Below are positions 1-12,366 of a DNA stretch of 64,000 nucleotides, in pieces. The stretch is from an uncultured delta proteobacterium (GTDB lineage: Bacteria > Myxococcota_A > Polyangia > Polyangiales > Polyangiaceae): NCBI GenBank assembly GCA_963806225.1, contig CAWDXG010000001.1:864001-928000 (forward strand), in the 5' to 3' direction. How positions within the stretch are numbered: the stretch's first letter is position 1; every line of letters begins with the position of its first letter. A model generated the notes under the pieces. The model saw only the letters and a program-made list of their open reading frames with translations, had not been told where the DNA came from and made no database searches. Both the position numbers and the translations under genes were made by a program.

Positions 1-582
1 CACGTTCGCCTTGTCGACCGAGGTGAGCTTGCCGCGCCGGCCGCGTGCGAGCTGGAAGGCGAGCCGCACGACCCGCGCGATCTCGGCGTCGCTGTACTCG
101 AGCGTATCCACCGCGCGCCATCCCTCCGGCGTCTTCTCGCGCAGGCGCGGCTTGCCGAAGTAGAGCCCGCCCGTGAGCTCGCGCACCACGAGCAGGTCCA
201 CCCCCGCAACGCGGTCGGCCTTCAGCGGCGAAGCGGCGATCAGTGCCGGGTTCGCCTTCACCGGACGTAGGTTGGCGTAGAGCCCCAGCGCGTGGCGGAT
301 GCCGAGCAACCCCTGCTCGGGGCGCACCTTGGCGCTGGGGTCGTCCCACTTCGGGCCGCCCACGGCGCCGAGCAGTACCGCATCCGCGCTCCGGCACGCC
401 GTCAGCGTGGCAGCGGGCAGCGGCTCGCCGGTTTCGTCGATAGCGATACCGCCCATCAGGTGCGATTCGAACCGGAAGTCGTGCGCGAAGCGCGCCGCGA
501 CTGCTTCGAGCACCTGGCGCGCCTCGGCGACGACCTCCGGCCCCACGCCGTCGCCCGGCAGCTCGACGATTTTCGCTTTCAT
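1..582 (-). CDS. leuB: 3-isopropylmalate dehydrogenase (3' end runs off the window)
   Basis: Translated by hand: [17 protein letters not shown]...[11 protein letters not shown]...RPEQGLL...LYANLRP...[12 protein letters not shown]...[11 protein letters not shown] overlaps the cimA stop (ATGA). Confidence 0.96.
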   Translation of the reverse strand, partial: MKAKIVELPGDGVGPEVVAEARQVLEAVAARFAHDFRFESHLMGGIAIDETGEPLPAATLTACRSADAVLLGAVGGPKWDDPSAKVRPEQGLLGIRHALGLYANLRPVKANPALIAASPLKADRVAGVDLLVVRELTGGLYFGKPRLREKTPEGWRAVDTLEYSDAEIARVVRLAFQLARGRRGKLTSVDKANV

Positions 583-2213
583 GCTCCGGCTGCCTCCCGT
601 GCGGCGTCGGGCCGCGGACTTGTGCTGGAGCCGAGCGGAACGTCGGGTGCGCATGCCCCGCTTTCCGCCAGGCCGTGTTCGATGCTGTCGACCAGCGCCA
701 GGAACGACGCTTCGATGATGTTGGCCGACGCGCCGACGGTGCTCCACGAGCTGTGGTCGTCGCGGCTGTCGATCAGCACACGCGTGGTCGACGAGGTGCC
801 GAACGAGCCGTCGAGGATGCGCACCTTGTAGTCCGCCAGGTGGATCCTTTCCACGGCCGGATAGAACGGGGCGAGCGCCTTGCGTAGTGCCGCATCGAGC
901 GCGCTGACCGGGCCGTTGCCCTCGGCCGCCGTCAGCATCACCTGGTCGCCCACCTCGACCTTGACCACGGCCTCGGCGTAGTTCCCGCTGCCGCGTCGCC
1001 GCCCCACCATCACGTTGTAGTCGAGCACGTTGAACAGCGGCCGGTAGTCCGGCGCGCGGCGCTTGAGCAGCAGCGCTACCGAAGCCTCGGCGGCTTCATA
1101 CGAGAATCCACGCGCCTCGCTCTCCTTGATGGCGGCGAGCGCCTCGACCTCGTCGCCGGCGCTCACGCTGACGCCGAGCTCCTCGGCCTTGCTGAGCACG
1201 TTGCCGCGGCCCGACAGCTCGCTGACGACCACGCGCATGTGATTGCCCACCAGCATCGGGTCGACGTGCTGGTAGGCGCCGGGGTGCCGGCGCATGGCCG
1301 CCACGTGAACGCCGCCCTTGTGTGCGAACGCGCTGCGGCCGACGTACGGCATGTGCTCGTCCGGAGTGAGGTTCGCGACCTCGGTCACGAAGCGGCTGAG
1401 CTCGCCTAGCTCCGCCAGGTGACCCTCCGGCACGCACTGCATGCCGAGCTTGAGCTCGAGATCGGGTACGATGGCGCACAGGTTGGCATTGCCGCAGCGC
1501 TCGCCGATGCCGTTGATCGTGCCCTGCACATGACGGGCTCCGGCGCGCACGGCCGCCAGGCTGTTGGCTACCGCGCAGCCGGTGTCGTTGTGCGCGTGGA
1601 TGCCGAGCGGATGCTCCACCCGAGCGAGCACGTCGCGGACGACCTCCTCGACGCGCCAGGGCAGACCGCCGCCGTTCGTGTCGCACAGCACCAGCACCTC
1701 GGCGCCGCCGCGCTTGGCGGCGAGCAGCGTCTCGACGGCGTAGCCGGCATCCGCGTCATAGCCGTCGAAGAAGTGCTCGGCGTCGTAGACGACGCGCCGC
1801 CCCTGCGAGGTGAGGTACGCCACGCTGTCCTCGATCATGCGCAGGTTCTCGTCGAGCGCGGTGCGCAGCACTTCCGTGACCTGGAGCGGCGAGCTCTTTC
1901 CGAACAGCGTGCACACAGCCGTGCCCGACTCGACGAGTGCGCGCATGCTCGGGTCGTCCGCGGCGGCGATGCCCGCGCGGCGCGTGGAGCCGAAGGCCGT
2001 GACCGCTGCGGTCTGCCACTGTTGCTCCCGCGCGCGCGCGAAGAACTCGGCGTCCTTCGGATTCGAACCGGGCCAGCCGCCTTCGATGAAGCCGACGCCG
2101 AATGCGTCCAGGCGCTCGGCGATGCGCAGCTTGTCGCTGACAGTCAGCGAGATCCCCTCGCGCTGGGTGCCGTCGCGCAGCGTGGTGTCGTAGATGATGA
2201 CGGAGTGCGTCAT
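579..2213 (-). CDS. cimA: Citramalate synthase (LeuA/CimA family)
   Basis: [63 protein letters not shown] motifs typical of bacterial CimA; ATG 2213 with GGAGG upstream. Confidence 0.9.
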   Translation of the reverse strand: MTHSVIIYDTTLRDGTQREGISLTVSDKLRIAERLDAFGVGFIEGGWPGSNPKDAEFFARAREQQWQTAAVTAFGSTRRAGIAAADDPSMRALVESGTAVCTLFGKSSPLQVTEVLRTALDENLRMIEDSVAYLTSQGRRVVYDAEHFFDGYDADAGYAVETLLAAKRGGAEVLVLCDTNGGGLPWRVEEVVRDVLARVEHPLGIHAHNDTGCAVANSLAAVRAGARHVQGTINGIGERCGNANLCAIVPDLELKLGMQCVPEGHLAELGELSRFVTEVANLTPDEHMPYVGRSAFAHKGGVHVAAMRRHPGAYQHVDPMLVGNHMRVVVSELSGRGNVLSKAEELGVSVSAGDEVEALAAIKESEARGFSYEAAEASVALLLKRRAPDYRPLFNVLDYNVMVGRRRGSGNYAEAVVKVEVGDQVMLTAAEGNGPVSALDAALRKALAPFYPAVERIHLADYKVRILDGSFGTSSTTRVLIDSRDDHSSWSTVGASANIIEASFLALVDSIEHGLAESGACAPDVPLGSSTSPRPDAAREAAGA

Positions 2214-2432
2214 GCCCAAGCCCCTCCACTCGCTGGTACACCCTGGGGATTTTCAGAGGAACGTGGGAAAGCGGGAAGGCTTTCTGGGTCGAGCCCTGCG
2301 TCGGCGAGTCCGGCTAATCCAGCGGGTGCTGCGGCGCTGTACGTGGCGCACGACCCGGAAAACCCTCTGGACGAGACGCGCTTCGCGCCCCATCCCTCGA
2401 CTTGTCTCGCTTCGGAGTTTCGGGCGCGCATC

Positions 2433-3023
2433 TCAGTTCTCCTTGCTCCGCTCGTACGCCTCGATGCGGTCGTTGAACGAGAAGATGTAGCCGAGCTGGT
2501 CGAGGCCCTGGAGCAGGCAGTGCCGCGCGAACGGGTCGACGGGAAACTCTGCCGTACTGCCGTCGGGCAACGTGAGCGTGGTGCTTTCCAGATCCACGGC
2601 TACCTCTGCCGCGGCGTCCGCTTCCAGCAACGAAAGCAGCCGCGCGTGCGTCGCCGCGTCGAGCGCCACGGGCAGGAGGCCGTTCTTCAGCGCGTTTTCC
2701 TTGAAGATGTCCGCGAACGACGTCGCGACCACAGCCCGGATCCCCCAGCCGAGCAGCGCCCAGGGCGCGTGCTCCCGCGACGAGCCGCAACCGAAGTTGT
2801 CCCCGGCCAGGAGCACCTCGGCGCCCTCGGCCTCGGGACGGTTCAACGCGAACTCCGGTCGCGGGCTGCCTTCGGAATCGTAGCGCCAGTAGGAAAAGAG
2901 CTGCTCGGCGAGCCCCTGCTTGTCGATCGCCTTCAGGAAGCGCGCGGGGATGATCTGGTCGGTGTCGATGTTATCGAGCGGCAGCAGAACGACGCGCGAG
3001 CGGACGCGGGTGAAACGGTTCAT
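2433..3023 (-). CDS. leuD: 3-isopropylmalate dehydratase small subunit
   Basis: [44 protein letters not shown]. Confidence 0.97.
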   Translation of the reverse strand: MNRFTRVRSRVVLLPLDNIDTDQIIPARFLKAIDKQGLAEQLFSYWRYDSEGSPRPEFALNRPEAEGAEVLLAGDNFGCGSSREHAPWALLGWGIRAVVATSFADIFKENALKNGLLPVALDAATHARLLSLLEADAAAEVAVDLESTTLTLPDGSTAEFPVDPFARHCLLQGLDQLGYIFSFNDRIEAYERSKEN

Positions 3024-4431
3024 CGAGCGGCTCCTTCGAGTGTGCGGACGTCGGTGACCCGGCCGGTCACCGCCGCGGCGGCAGCCGTGAGCGGCGAGGC
3101 GAGGAAGGTGCGCCCGCCCTGGCCCTGGCGTCCTTCGAAGTTGCGGTTGCTGGTGCTCACCGAATACTGCCCGGGAGCGAGTTGGTCGCCGTTCATGGCG
3201 ATGCACATGGAGCAGCCGGCCTCGCGCCACTCGGCTCCGGCGTCCTTGAACACGCGGTCGAGCCCCTCGGCCTCCGCTTGGCGCTTCACGTCCTGCGAGC
3301 CGGGCACGATCAGCGCGCGCACGCCCGGTGCGACCTTGCGCCCCCTGAGCACCGATGCGGCCTGGCGCAGATCGCCCAGGCGACCGTTGGTGCAGGAGCC
3401 GACGAAGACGACGTCGATCTTGTGGCCGAGCAGTGAACGGCCTGGCTCCAGCGCCATGTAGCCGAGCGCTTTCTCGAACGCATTGCGCGCGGCGCCGTCC
3501 GGGAAATCGCCGGAGAGGGCAGGGGAGCCGTGATGGGAATGCCCATGCCGGGGTTCGTCCCGTAGGTGATCATCGGTTCGAGCGCGCCGGCATCGAGCGT
3601 CACGCTGCGATCGAAGCGCGCGCCCTGGTCGCTGGGCAGAGCGCGCCAGCGTTCGAGAACCCGATCCCAGTCCGCGCCTTGCGGCGCCATCTCGCGGCCG
3701 GACAGGTACTCGAAGGTGCGGTCGTCGGGCGCGATCATGCCGGCGCGGGCGCCGGCTTCGATGCTCATATTGCAGATGGTCATTCGGGCTTCCATGTCGA
3801 GCCCGCGGATGGCGCTGCCGGTGTATTCCATGACGTGGCCGGTGCCGCCGGCGATGCCGATCTTCGCGATCAGCGCGAGGATCACGTCCTTCGCCGTCAC
3901 ACCCTCGGCGAGCTCGCCTTCCACGCGGACCTCGAGCGTTTTCGGCCTGTACTGGAGCAGGCACTGCGAGGCGAGCACGTGCTCCACCTCGCTGGTGCCG
4001 ATGCCGAACGCGAGTGCGCCGAAGGCGCCGTGCGTCGAGGTGTGGCTGTCGCCGCACACGATGGTCATGCCCGGCTGCGTGAGTCCGAGCTCCGGACCGA
4101 TGACGTGCACGATGCCGTTGTGCTCGCTGCCCATCTCGTAGAGACGGATGCCGTTCTTCTCGCAGTTCTCCCCCAGGCGCGCGAGCTGGGCCTTGCCCTG
4201 CGCGTCGATGACGGCGAGCTGCTTCGGCAACGTCGGAATCGAGTGATCCATCGTGGCCAGGGTGCGGTCCGGGCGGCGGACGCGGAGCCCGCGCGAATCC
4301 AGGCCCGCAAAGGCCATCGGCGAGGTCACCTCGTGCACCAGATGCAGATCGATATAAAGGACCGTCGGCCTGTTCTCTTCCTCGACGACGGCGTGATCGT
4401 CCCAGACCTTCTCGAATAGTGTTTTCGGCAT
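3020..4431 (-). CDS. leuC: 3-isopropylmalate dehydratase large subunit (1-bp frameshift near 3510, probably a sequencing error)
   Basis: N-terminal part [30 protein letters not shown] in ORF 3310..4431; C-terminal part [30 protein letters not shown] in ORF 3020..4057. Confidence 0.95.
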
Positions 4432-4437
4432 ATGTTC

Positions 4438-6105
<1,668 letters not shown>

Positions 6106-6109
6106 CTGC

Positions 6110-7123
6110 TCAATCCCCCGGCTTGATGGTTACCGGATCGACGAAAGGCATCATCTTGCGGAGCTCGGCGCCTACCTGCTCGATCTGCTGCTCCCGCTCG
6201 GCCGCGCGGCGCTTCTCGAACTCCGGGCGCCCGGCCTTGTTCTCGTCGATCCACTTCTTCGCGAAGCTGCCGTCCTGGATCTCCGCCAGGATCTTCTTCA
6301 TCTCCGCGCGTGTCTGGTCGTTGATGACGCGCGGGCCGGAGACGTAGTCGCCGTATTCGGCCGTGTTGCTGACCGAGTAGCGCATGTAGTTCAGGCCGCC
6401 GCGGTACATCAGGTCCACGATCAGCTTGAGCTCGTGCAGGCACTCGAAGTAAGCGACTTCGGGCTGGTAGCCGGCGTCGACCAGTGTCTTGAACCCGGCC
6501 TTGACGAGCTCCGCCGTTCCGCCGCACAGCACTGCCTGCTCGCCGAACAGGTCGGTCTCGGTTTCCTCGGAGAAGGTCGTGGTCAAGACGCCCGCTCGCG
6601 TCGAGCCGATGCCCTTGGCGTAGGCGAGGGCGAGCGCATCCGCCTGACCGCTCGCGTCCTGCTCGACGGCGAGCAGCGCCGGTACACCGCCGCCTTCCGC
6701 GAACGTCTCGCGCACGCGATGCCCCGGGCTCTTCGGGGCGATCATGCTCACGTCGACCTCGGCCGGCGGCTTGATCGTCCCGAAGCGGATGTTGAAGCCA
6801 TGCGCGAACATCAGCGTCTTGCCCTCGCCGAGGTGCGGCGCGATGCTCTCCTCGTAGATGGCCGGCTGCGACGTATCCGGCGTGAGCAACATGATCACGT
6901 CGCCCCACGTCGCGGCCTCGGCTACGCTCTTGACCGCGAGGCCCGCGGCCTCGGCCTTCTTCCTGCTCTTGCTGCCTGCGTGCAGGCCGATGCACACATC
7001 GACGCCGCTGTCCTTCAGGTTCAATGCGTGCGCGTGGCCCTGCGAGCCGTAGCCGATGATAGCGACCTTCTTCGCCTTGATGAGCCCGAGGTCGGCGTCG
7101 GCGTCGTAGCGGATCTTTGCCAT
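6110..7123 (-). CDS. ilvC: Ketol-acid reductoisomerase
   Basis: [61 protein letters not shown]. Confidence 0.98.
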   Translation of the reverse strand: MAKIRYDADADLGLIKAKKVAIIGYGSQGHAHALNLKDSGVDVCIGLHAGSKSRKKAEAAGLAVKSVAEAATWGDVIMLLTPDTSQPAIYEESIAPHLGEGKTLMFAHGFNIRFGTIKPPAEVDVSMIAPKSPGHRVRETFAEGGGVPALLAVEQDASGQADALALAYAKGIGSTRAGVLTTTFSEETETDLFGEQAVLCGGTAELVKAGFKTLVDAGYQPEVAYFECLHELKLIVDLMYRGGLNYMRYSVSNTAEYGDYVSGPRVINDQTRAEMKKILAEIQDGSFAKKWIDENKAGRPEFEKRRAAEREQQIEQVGAELRKMMPFVDPVTIKPGD

Positions 7124-7145
7124 TGTCTGTCCTTTTCCTTCGTTG

Positions 7146-7682
7146 TCAGGCTGCCTGGATGCTGCGCCGAGACGAGCCCGGGGCCGATTCGGTGCCGCGG
7201 GTCATGGCGACCAGACCCGTCTGCACCATTTCCGTGATTCCGAACGGGCGGAGCACATTGACCAACCCGTCGATCTTGTCCTGCGTTCCGGTGATCTCCG
7301 CGATCAGCGAGTCGGGGCCGACGTCGACCACCCGGGCGCGGAAGACCTCGCACAGCTGCAACACCTCGGTGCGCTGTTCCGGCCCGAACTGCACCTTGAT
7401 CAGCGCCAGGTCGCGCGCGACGTTCGGCTTGTGCGTGATGTCGTCCACACGCAGCACGTTCACCAGCTTGTAGAGATTCGCCTCGATGCGCCGCGCGGTG
7501 TCGTCGTCGGCGTCGACGACGATGGTCATGCGCGATACGCCCGGCTCGTGCGTGCGTCCGACGTTCAGCGACACGATGTTGTACGCGCGGCGGCGGAACA
7601 GCGACGCCACGCGGTTGAGGACGCCGGGACGATCCTCGACGTAGCTGACGATGGTGTGAAGGCTCCTCTTCTGCGTTGTCAT
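7146..7682 (-). CDS. ilvN: Acetolactate synthase small (regulatory) subunit
   Basis: ACT domain [28 protein letters not shown]; position after ilvB. Confidence 0.95.
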   Translation of the reverse strand: MTTQKRSLHTIVSYVEDRPGVLNRVASLFRRRAYNIVSLNVGRTHEPGVSRMTIVVDADDDTARRIEANLYKLVNVLRVDDITHKPNVARDLALIKVQFGPEQRTEVLQLCEVFRARVVDVGPDSLIAEITGTQDKIDGLVNVLRPFGITEMVQTGLVAMTRGTESAPGSSRRSIQAA

Positions 7683-7683
7683 C

Positions 7684-9501
7684 CTACTTGTCCTTGCCGG
7701 TTTCGAAGATCGGGTTGTGGTTTCGATTCGGGGCGGCTCCGCCTTCGCCGGGCATGGGGCGGCGGATCATGTCGTGCAGGTCGGCGCCGGCGGGGACCAT
7801 CGGGTAGACGCTGTCTTCCTGCTCGACGCGGAACTCGATGACGAAGGTGTCCGTCGCATTGCGCGCCTCGGCGACGGCGTCGGCGATCTCGCTGCGCTGG
7901 GTCACGCGCCTGCCCGAGAGGCCATGCGCTTCGGCGAGCTTGACGAAATCCGGGCTCTTGATCGGCGTGGCGACGTAGCGGCCGCCGTAGAAGAACTGCT
8001 GCCACTGCCGCACCATGCCGAGATAGCCGTTGTTGATGATGGCGATGTTGACCTTGATCTGCTCCTGCGCCGAGGTGGCAAGCTCGCTCGACGTCATCTG
8101 GAAGCCGCCGTCGCCAGCGATGACCCAGATCTCGTCGTCCGGGCAGGCGAAGCGCGCGCCCAGCGACGCCGGCAGAGCGAAGCCCATCGTGCCCAGGCCT
8201 CCCGAGGTGAGCAGCCGTCGTGCGTGGTCGTGCTTGTAGTACTGCGCTTCCCACATCTGGTGCTGCCCCACGTCCGTCACGATCAGCGCCTTGCCGTTCG
8301 TCAGTCGCCAGAGGTCGTGGATCACGTGCGCCGCATACAGCCGCCCGGTGTCCGGCAGATCGCGGATGTCGCGCACCGCGGAGTCGCCCTTGAGGTCCTC
8401 GATACGTGCCAGCCACTCCGGTCGCTCGCGGTGCTCGATTCGCGGCAGCACGGCTGACAGGATCTGGCGCACGTCTCCGACCAGCGGCAGGTCGACCTTG
8501 ACGTTCTTGTTGATCTCCGCGGGGTCGAGCTCGACGTGGATCTTCTTCGCGTGCGGCGCGTAGGTCTTGACGTTTCCGGTGACGCGGTCGTCGAAGCGCA
8601 TGCCCAGTGCGATGATCAGATCCGCTTCCTGGATGGCGGTGTTGACCCAGGACTCGCCGTGCATGCCCATCATGCCCAGGCTGCGCGGGTGGGTGGCGGG
8701 GAAGCCGCCGAGGCCGAGCAGGGTCTGCGCGACCGGGATGTTGCTCTTCTGCACCAGCTCGAGCAGCAGCGCCGTTGCGTTGCCCTCGACGATGCCGTGT
8801 CCGGCGAAGATGAGCGGTCGCTTCGACTCGTGGATCATCTCCACGGCTCGTTCGAGCTCCTCCGGCAGCGGCGTGTGCTCGGGACGGTAGCCGGGCAGTC
8901 GCACCGGTTCGTCGCTCCACTCGAACACGGTGCTCGTTTGCTGCGCGTCCTTCGTGATGTCGACGACCACGGGCCCCGGTCTGCCCGAGCGCGCGATATA
9001 GAACGCCTCGCGCAGCGCCGGCACGATCTCCTCGGGCCGCGTCACCAGGTAGTTGTGCTTGGTGACCGGTAGCGTGACGCCGGTGATGTCCGTTTCCTGG
9101 AAGGCATCGCTGCCGAGCAGCGCCGAGCCGACCTGGCCGGTGATGCACACCATCGGGATCGAATCCATCATCGCCGTCGCGATGCCTGTCACCAGGTTCG
9201 TGGCGCCGGGGCCCGACGTGGCGATCGCGACGCCGACCTTGCCCGAAGCGCGCGCGTAGCCGTCGGCCATATGCGCGGCGCCCTGCTCGTGGCGCACGAG
9301 GATGTGCCGGATCGGGTAGCCGGCCATCGCGTCGTACGCCGGCATGATCGCGCCGCCGGGATAGCCGAACACGACATCGACGCCTTCGCGCAGCAGTGCT
9401 TCCCAGATCAATTGTGAGCCGGTCAGCGTCTCGCCGACGCGATCGACCGTTTCCGCTTTGCGGGTTCCGGGTGGAGTGAGCTCGTTCATGGGTGCCGTCA
9501 C
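7684..9501 (-). CDS. ilvB: Acetolactate synthase large subunit
   Basis: FGYPGGAIMP, RHEQGAAH, TSGPGATN, DAFQE, DVGQHQMW, SGGLGTMG, GDGGFQM, GMVRQWQ; GTG start after GAGG. Confidence 0.97.
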   Translation of the reverse strand: MTAPMNELTPPGTRKAETVDRVGETLTGSQLIWEALLREGVDVVFGYPGGAIMPAYDAMAGYPIRHILVRHEQGAAHMADGYARASGKVGVAIATSGPGATNLVTGIATAMMDSIPMVCITGQVGSALLGSDAFQETDITGVTLPVTKHNYLVTRPEEIVPALREAFYIARSGRPGPVVVDITKDAQQTSTVFEWSDEPVRLPGYRPEHTPLPEELERAVEMIHESKRPLIFAGHGIVEGNATALLLELVQKSNIPVAQTLLGLGGFPATHPRSLGMMGMHGESWVNTAIQEADLIIALGMRFDDRVTGNVKTYAPHAKKIHVELDPAEINKNVKVDLPLVGDVRQILSAVLPRIEHRERPEWLARIEDLKGDSAVRDIRDLPDTGRLYAAHVIHDLWRLTNGKALIVTDVGQHQMWEAQYYKHDHARRLLTSGGLGTMGFALPASLGARFACPDDEIWVIAGDGGFQMTSSELATSAQEQIKVNIAIINNGYLGMVRQWQQFFYGGRYVATPIKSPDFVKLAEAHGLSGRRVTQRSEIADAVAEARNATDTFVIEFRVEQEDSVYPMVPAGADLHDMIRRPMPGEGGAAPNRNHNPIFETGKDK

Positions 9502-9558
9502 GTTGTCCTCACGACCTTGATGGCTGGTGGTGCGTTGGCGGTGGATGTTCGGTCGGGA

Positions 9559-9596
9559 AGAAAAAAGAGCCCCCGCACCAGGGAGGGTGCGGGGGC
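9559..9596 (-). terminator. Rho-independent attenuator terminator upstream of ilvB
   Basis: Minus strand GCCCCCGCACC-ctccct-GGTGCGGGGGC (11-bp stem) followed by TCTTTTTT, about 60 nt before the ilvB start. Confidence 0.85.
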
Positions 9597-9754
9597 CGGA
9601 GTCTTGGAGTCTTCTCTGGGGAGCTCAGACGGCCGCCGCACCCTGGCTAATAAGCCCGAGTACGAGGTCGAGGCCGAGCAGCAGGACGGACTCCGACCGG
9701 AGCGCGGCCGGGAGGGCGCGCGGGCTCGGGATTCGAAGTCGCAGACCTTGTCAC
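9584..9754 (-). promoter_or_regulatory. ilv/leu attenuator: Leu/Val/Ile-rich leader frame and antiterminator
   Basis: Frame 9744..9625 reads LRLRIPSPRALPAALRSESVLLLGLDLVLGLISQGAAAV*; 9630-9644 is a 14/15 inverted repeat of 9584-9598 (terminator 5' arm). Confidence 0.75.
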
Positions 9755-9912
9755 CAGCGCAAGGCTGGGGCCGGCCGTGCCCCCGGTCAAGTGCCATTTT
9801 CGCAACGCGTCACTGGGGGCATGCGCCCAACCCACTGAAAAGACAGCAAAAATAGCCAAAAGCCGAGGGCTTTGCGGGTAGTCGCGGAGGCGCGTCGCAA
9901 TCCGGGCTCGCT

Positions 9913-10920
9913 TCAGTCCTTGCCGGTCTGTGTCGGCGCCACGACCAGCCGCCTCAGCCCGTTCCACGGAAACTCCGCGGTGTGCGGCGTGAGCAGCGGC
10001 AGATCGGTGTGCAGGCTGAACCAGGCGGTGCCGACGCCGGGACGGAGCACGTGGATGTTCTCGGCGGGGTTCAGCGCCTGGCCGAGCAGCGCGAGCTTCT
10101 GGCCCGACGGCTTCTGTGCGATGTCGAGCACGAGCACGACGTGGCCGGGCTTGCCCTGATGCACGAAGAAGTCTCCGGGGCGGATGTCCGCCGGCTCGAC
10201 CTTCGTGCCCTGCTTCGAAAGCGACGTGCTGTTCGCCCACGTGAACACGATGTCGAGATAGTTGCGGAACGCGGGATAGTCGATCTTCACTGGCTTGGCG
10301 CGGGGCGCCCAGAACACGTTGCCCCCCAGCGCCACGATGCGCTCGCCTTTCGCGTAGCGTGCGAGCGGCATGTCGAGCCCGGTCGCGCCCTCGTAGCTCA
10401 TGTCCCGCTCGCCCTTCGAAAAGCGCCACTCGGCGTCGAGCCGGACCACAACGTCGGGGCTCTGCTGCAGATCGGCCTTGCCCACATCGATGGCGACGAC
10501 GGCGGCCAGATACTTTTCGTCGGCGGGATAGATGACATCGCCCTTGTAGCTCTTCACGGGCGTACCCGGCGCGGCGAGCGGCAGTGTGCGCAGCCACGCG
10601 CCGAACGATCCCGGGGGTTCCGCCACGCGCTGGTAGCCGGGGGGTGTCTTGAAGCGCGACTCCAGCGTGTCCACTGCCTTCGGTTCGTCCAGCGACTTGT
10701 CGGCGAGCCAGGTGTAGAGCTTCGGGTCGGGCTCGGCGCGGGCGGCCGGAGGCGCGGCGCTCGCGCTGGCTGCCGCGTGACTCGCCGGCGGGGCTGCCGC
10801 CGAGGCCACAGGTGCGCTCGACTTCGCCGCACGATGCCCCGACGTGTGCTTCTTGCACCCGACGACCCCTGCGAGCACGAGCGCCAGGCCCAGGATCGGA
10901 CTTGTTCGGAACACGGTCAC
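9913..10920 (-). CDS. DUF4846-family lipoprotein
   Basis: Lipobox VVGC; RF..P.GY.R...GSFGAWLR.LPL, DVG..DLQQ, GDFF...G.PGH motifs; start codon uncertain. Confidence 0.75.
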   Translation of the reverse strand: MTVFRTSPILGLALVLAGVVGCKKHTSGHRAAKSSAPVASAAAPPASHAAASASAAPPAARAEPDPKLYTWLADKSLDEPKAVDTLESRFKTPPGYQRVAEPPGSFGAWLRTLPLAAPGTPVKSYKGDVIYPADEKYLAAVVAIDVGKADLQQSPDVVVRLDAEWRFSKGERDMSYEGATGLDMPLARYAKGERIVALGGNVFWAPRAKPVKIDYPAFRNYLDIVFTWANSTSLSKQGTKVEPADIRPGDFFVHQGKPGHVVLVLDIAQKPSGQKLALLGQALNPAENIHVLRPGVGTAWFSLHTDLPLLTPHTAEFPWNGLRRLVVAPTQTGKD

Positions 10921-11026
10921 CGTACGGCACGCGAGGAGGCTCGAAGCGCGCGCGGCCAGCATACACCAGCCGCGCGCCCGCTCCGCATTCTCGATCGCGT
11001 TCCCCAAATACCGGAAATTGCGCCGA

Positions 11027-12220
11027 CTATACCGCTTCCAGTACGACCGCGATGCCCTGGCCGCCACCGATGCAGGCCGAGCCGACCGCGACGCGCTTGT
11101 TCTGCCTGCGGAGCGTGTAGATGAGGTTCGTGGTGATGCGCGCACCCGTGGCGCCGAGCGGATGGCCGAGCGCGATGGCGCCGCCGTTGACGTTGGTGCG
11201 GTCCTCGGGCAGCTCCAGCTCCCGCTGCACCGCGAGGAACTGCGGCGCGAACGCCTCGTTCACGTCGAACAGATCAACGTCCTTCATCGTCAGCCCCGCG
11301 CGATCCATCGCGCCCCGGATCGCCGGCGCGGGACCGATGCCCATGAGGGTCGGCTCGACGCCGGCGACGCCCCACTGGAGCAGCTTCGCGAGCGGCTTCA
11401 GGCCGTGCGCCTTGCCCCACTCCGCGTCCACGACCACCAGCGCCGCGGCTCCGTCGCAGATGCCGGAGGCGTTGCCCGCCGTCACGACGCCGTCCTTCTT
11501 GAACACCGGGGGCAGCTTGGCGAGGATTTCCATGGTCGTGTTCGGACGCGGATGCTCGTCCTTGTCGACGTTCAGCATCTTCCGGCCGGCCTTCACCTCC
11601 ATGGGTGCGATCTCGTCGGCGAAACCGCCCGACTCCTGCGCCGCCGCCCACTTCTGCTGCGAGCGTAGGGCGAAGCGATCGGCATCCTCACGGGTGACCT
11701 TGTACTTGTCGGCGAGGTTCTCGGCCGTGACGGCCATCGGCGTCTTGCAGTAGCTGTCCGTGAGCGCCTCCCAGAGCGTGTCGACCAGCTCGGGCGGCTT
11801 GCCGAACCTCGCGCCGTCCCTCAGGCCCCACAGAGCGTGCGGCGACTGCGACATGTTCTCGCTGCCCGCGGCCAGCACAGCGTGCGCGTCGCCGAGCAGG
11901 ATCTGTTCGGCTGCGGTCACCACGGCCTGGAAGCCCGAGCCGCACAGGCGGTTCACCGTGAGCGCAGGCACCTCGATGGGAAGGCCCGCCTTCAGCCCGA
12001 CGTGGCGCGCGCCGTAGATGGCGTCGCGGCTGGTCTGCTGCACGTTGCCGAGGAGCATGTGGCCGATTTCCTTCGGATCGATGCCCGACTGGGCAAGCGC
12101 CGCCTTGGAGGCGTGCACCGCCAGATCGATCGCGCTCACACCCTTGAGCGAGCCGCTCAGGGTGCCGAAGGGGGTGCGCTTCGCGGCGACGATCCAGATC
12201 TCTTTCGATAGCTTTTTCAT
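11027..12220 (-). CDS. Acetyl-CoA acetyltransferase (thiolase)
   Basis: KRTPFG, NRLCGSG, TAGNASGICDGAA, NEAFA, NGGAIALGHPLGATG, CIGGGQG. Confidence 0.96.
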   Translation of the reverse strand: MKKLSKEIWIVAAKRTPFGTLSGSLKGVSAIDLAVHASKAALAQSGIDPKEIGHMLLGNVQQTSRDAIYGARHVGLKAGLPIEVPALTVNRLCGSGFQAVVTAAEQILLGDAHAVLAAGSENMSQSPHALWGLRDGARFGKPPELVDTLWEALTDSYCKTPMAVTAENLADKYKVTREDADRFALRSQQKWAAAQESGGFADEIAPMEVKAGRKMLNVDKDEHPRPNTTMEILAKLPPVFKKDGVVTAGNASGICDGAAALVVVDAEWGKAHGLKPLAKLLQWGVAGVEPTLMGIGPAPAIRGAMDRAGLTMKDVDLFDVNEAFAPQFLAVQRELELPEDRTNVNGGAIALGHPLGATGARITTNLIYTLRRQNKRVAVGSACIGGGQGIAVVLEAV

Positions 12221-12366
12221 GACGATCACCTCTATGGCCCGGTTTTCGACGGGACCCATAACGCGTCCAGGGCGTCGCGTCGACGCCTCCAGTGGCGGCG
12301 GTCATGCCGTGCTGTTGCGACGCGAGCCCGTTCGCCGACGAGCCGGACGTGGCAAAACGCTACAAA

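Noticed and set aside
1419..3461. Long antisense or alternative-frame ORFs (also 50557..52761, 44771..46060, 59082..60989 and many others)
   Set aside because: Shadow ORFs expected in high-GC DNA opposite or overlapping well-supported genes; Arg/Ala/Pro-rich with no motifs
3020..4431. leuC (also nifJ, lon) as pseudogenes or programmed frameshifts
   Set aside because: Single indels with both halves fully conserved, no slippery heptamer noticed, and the same error pattern across the window
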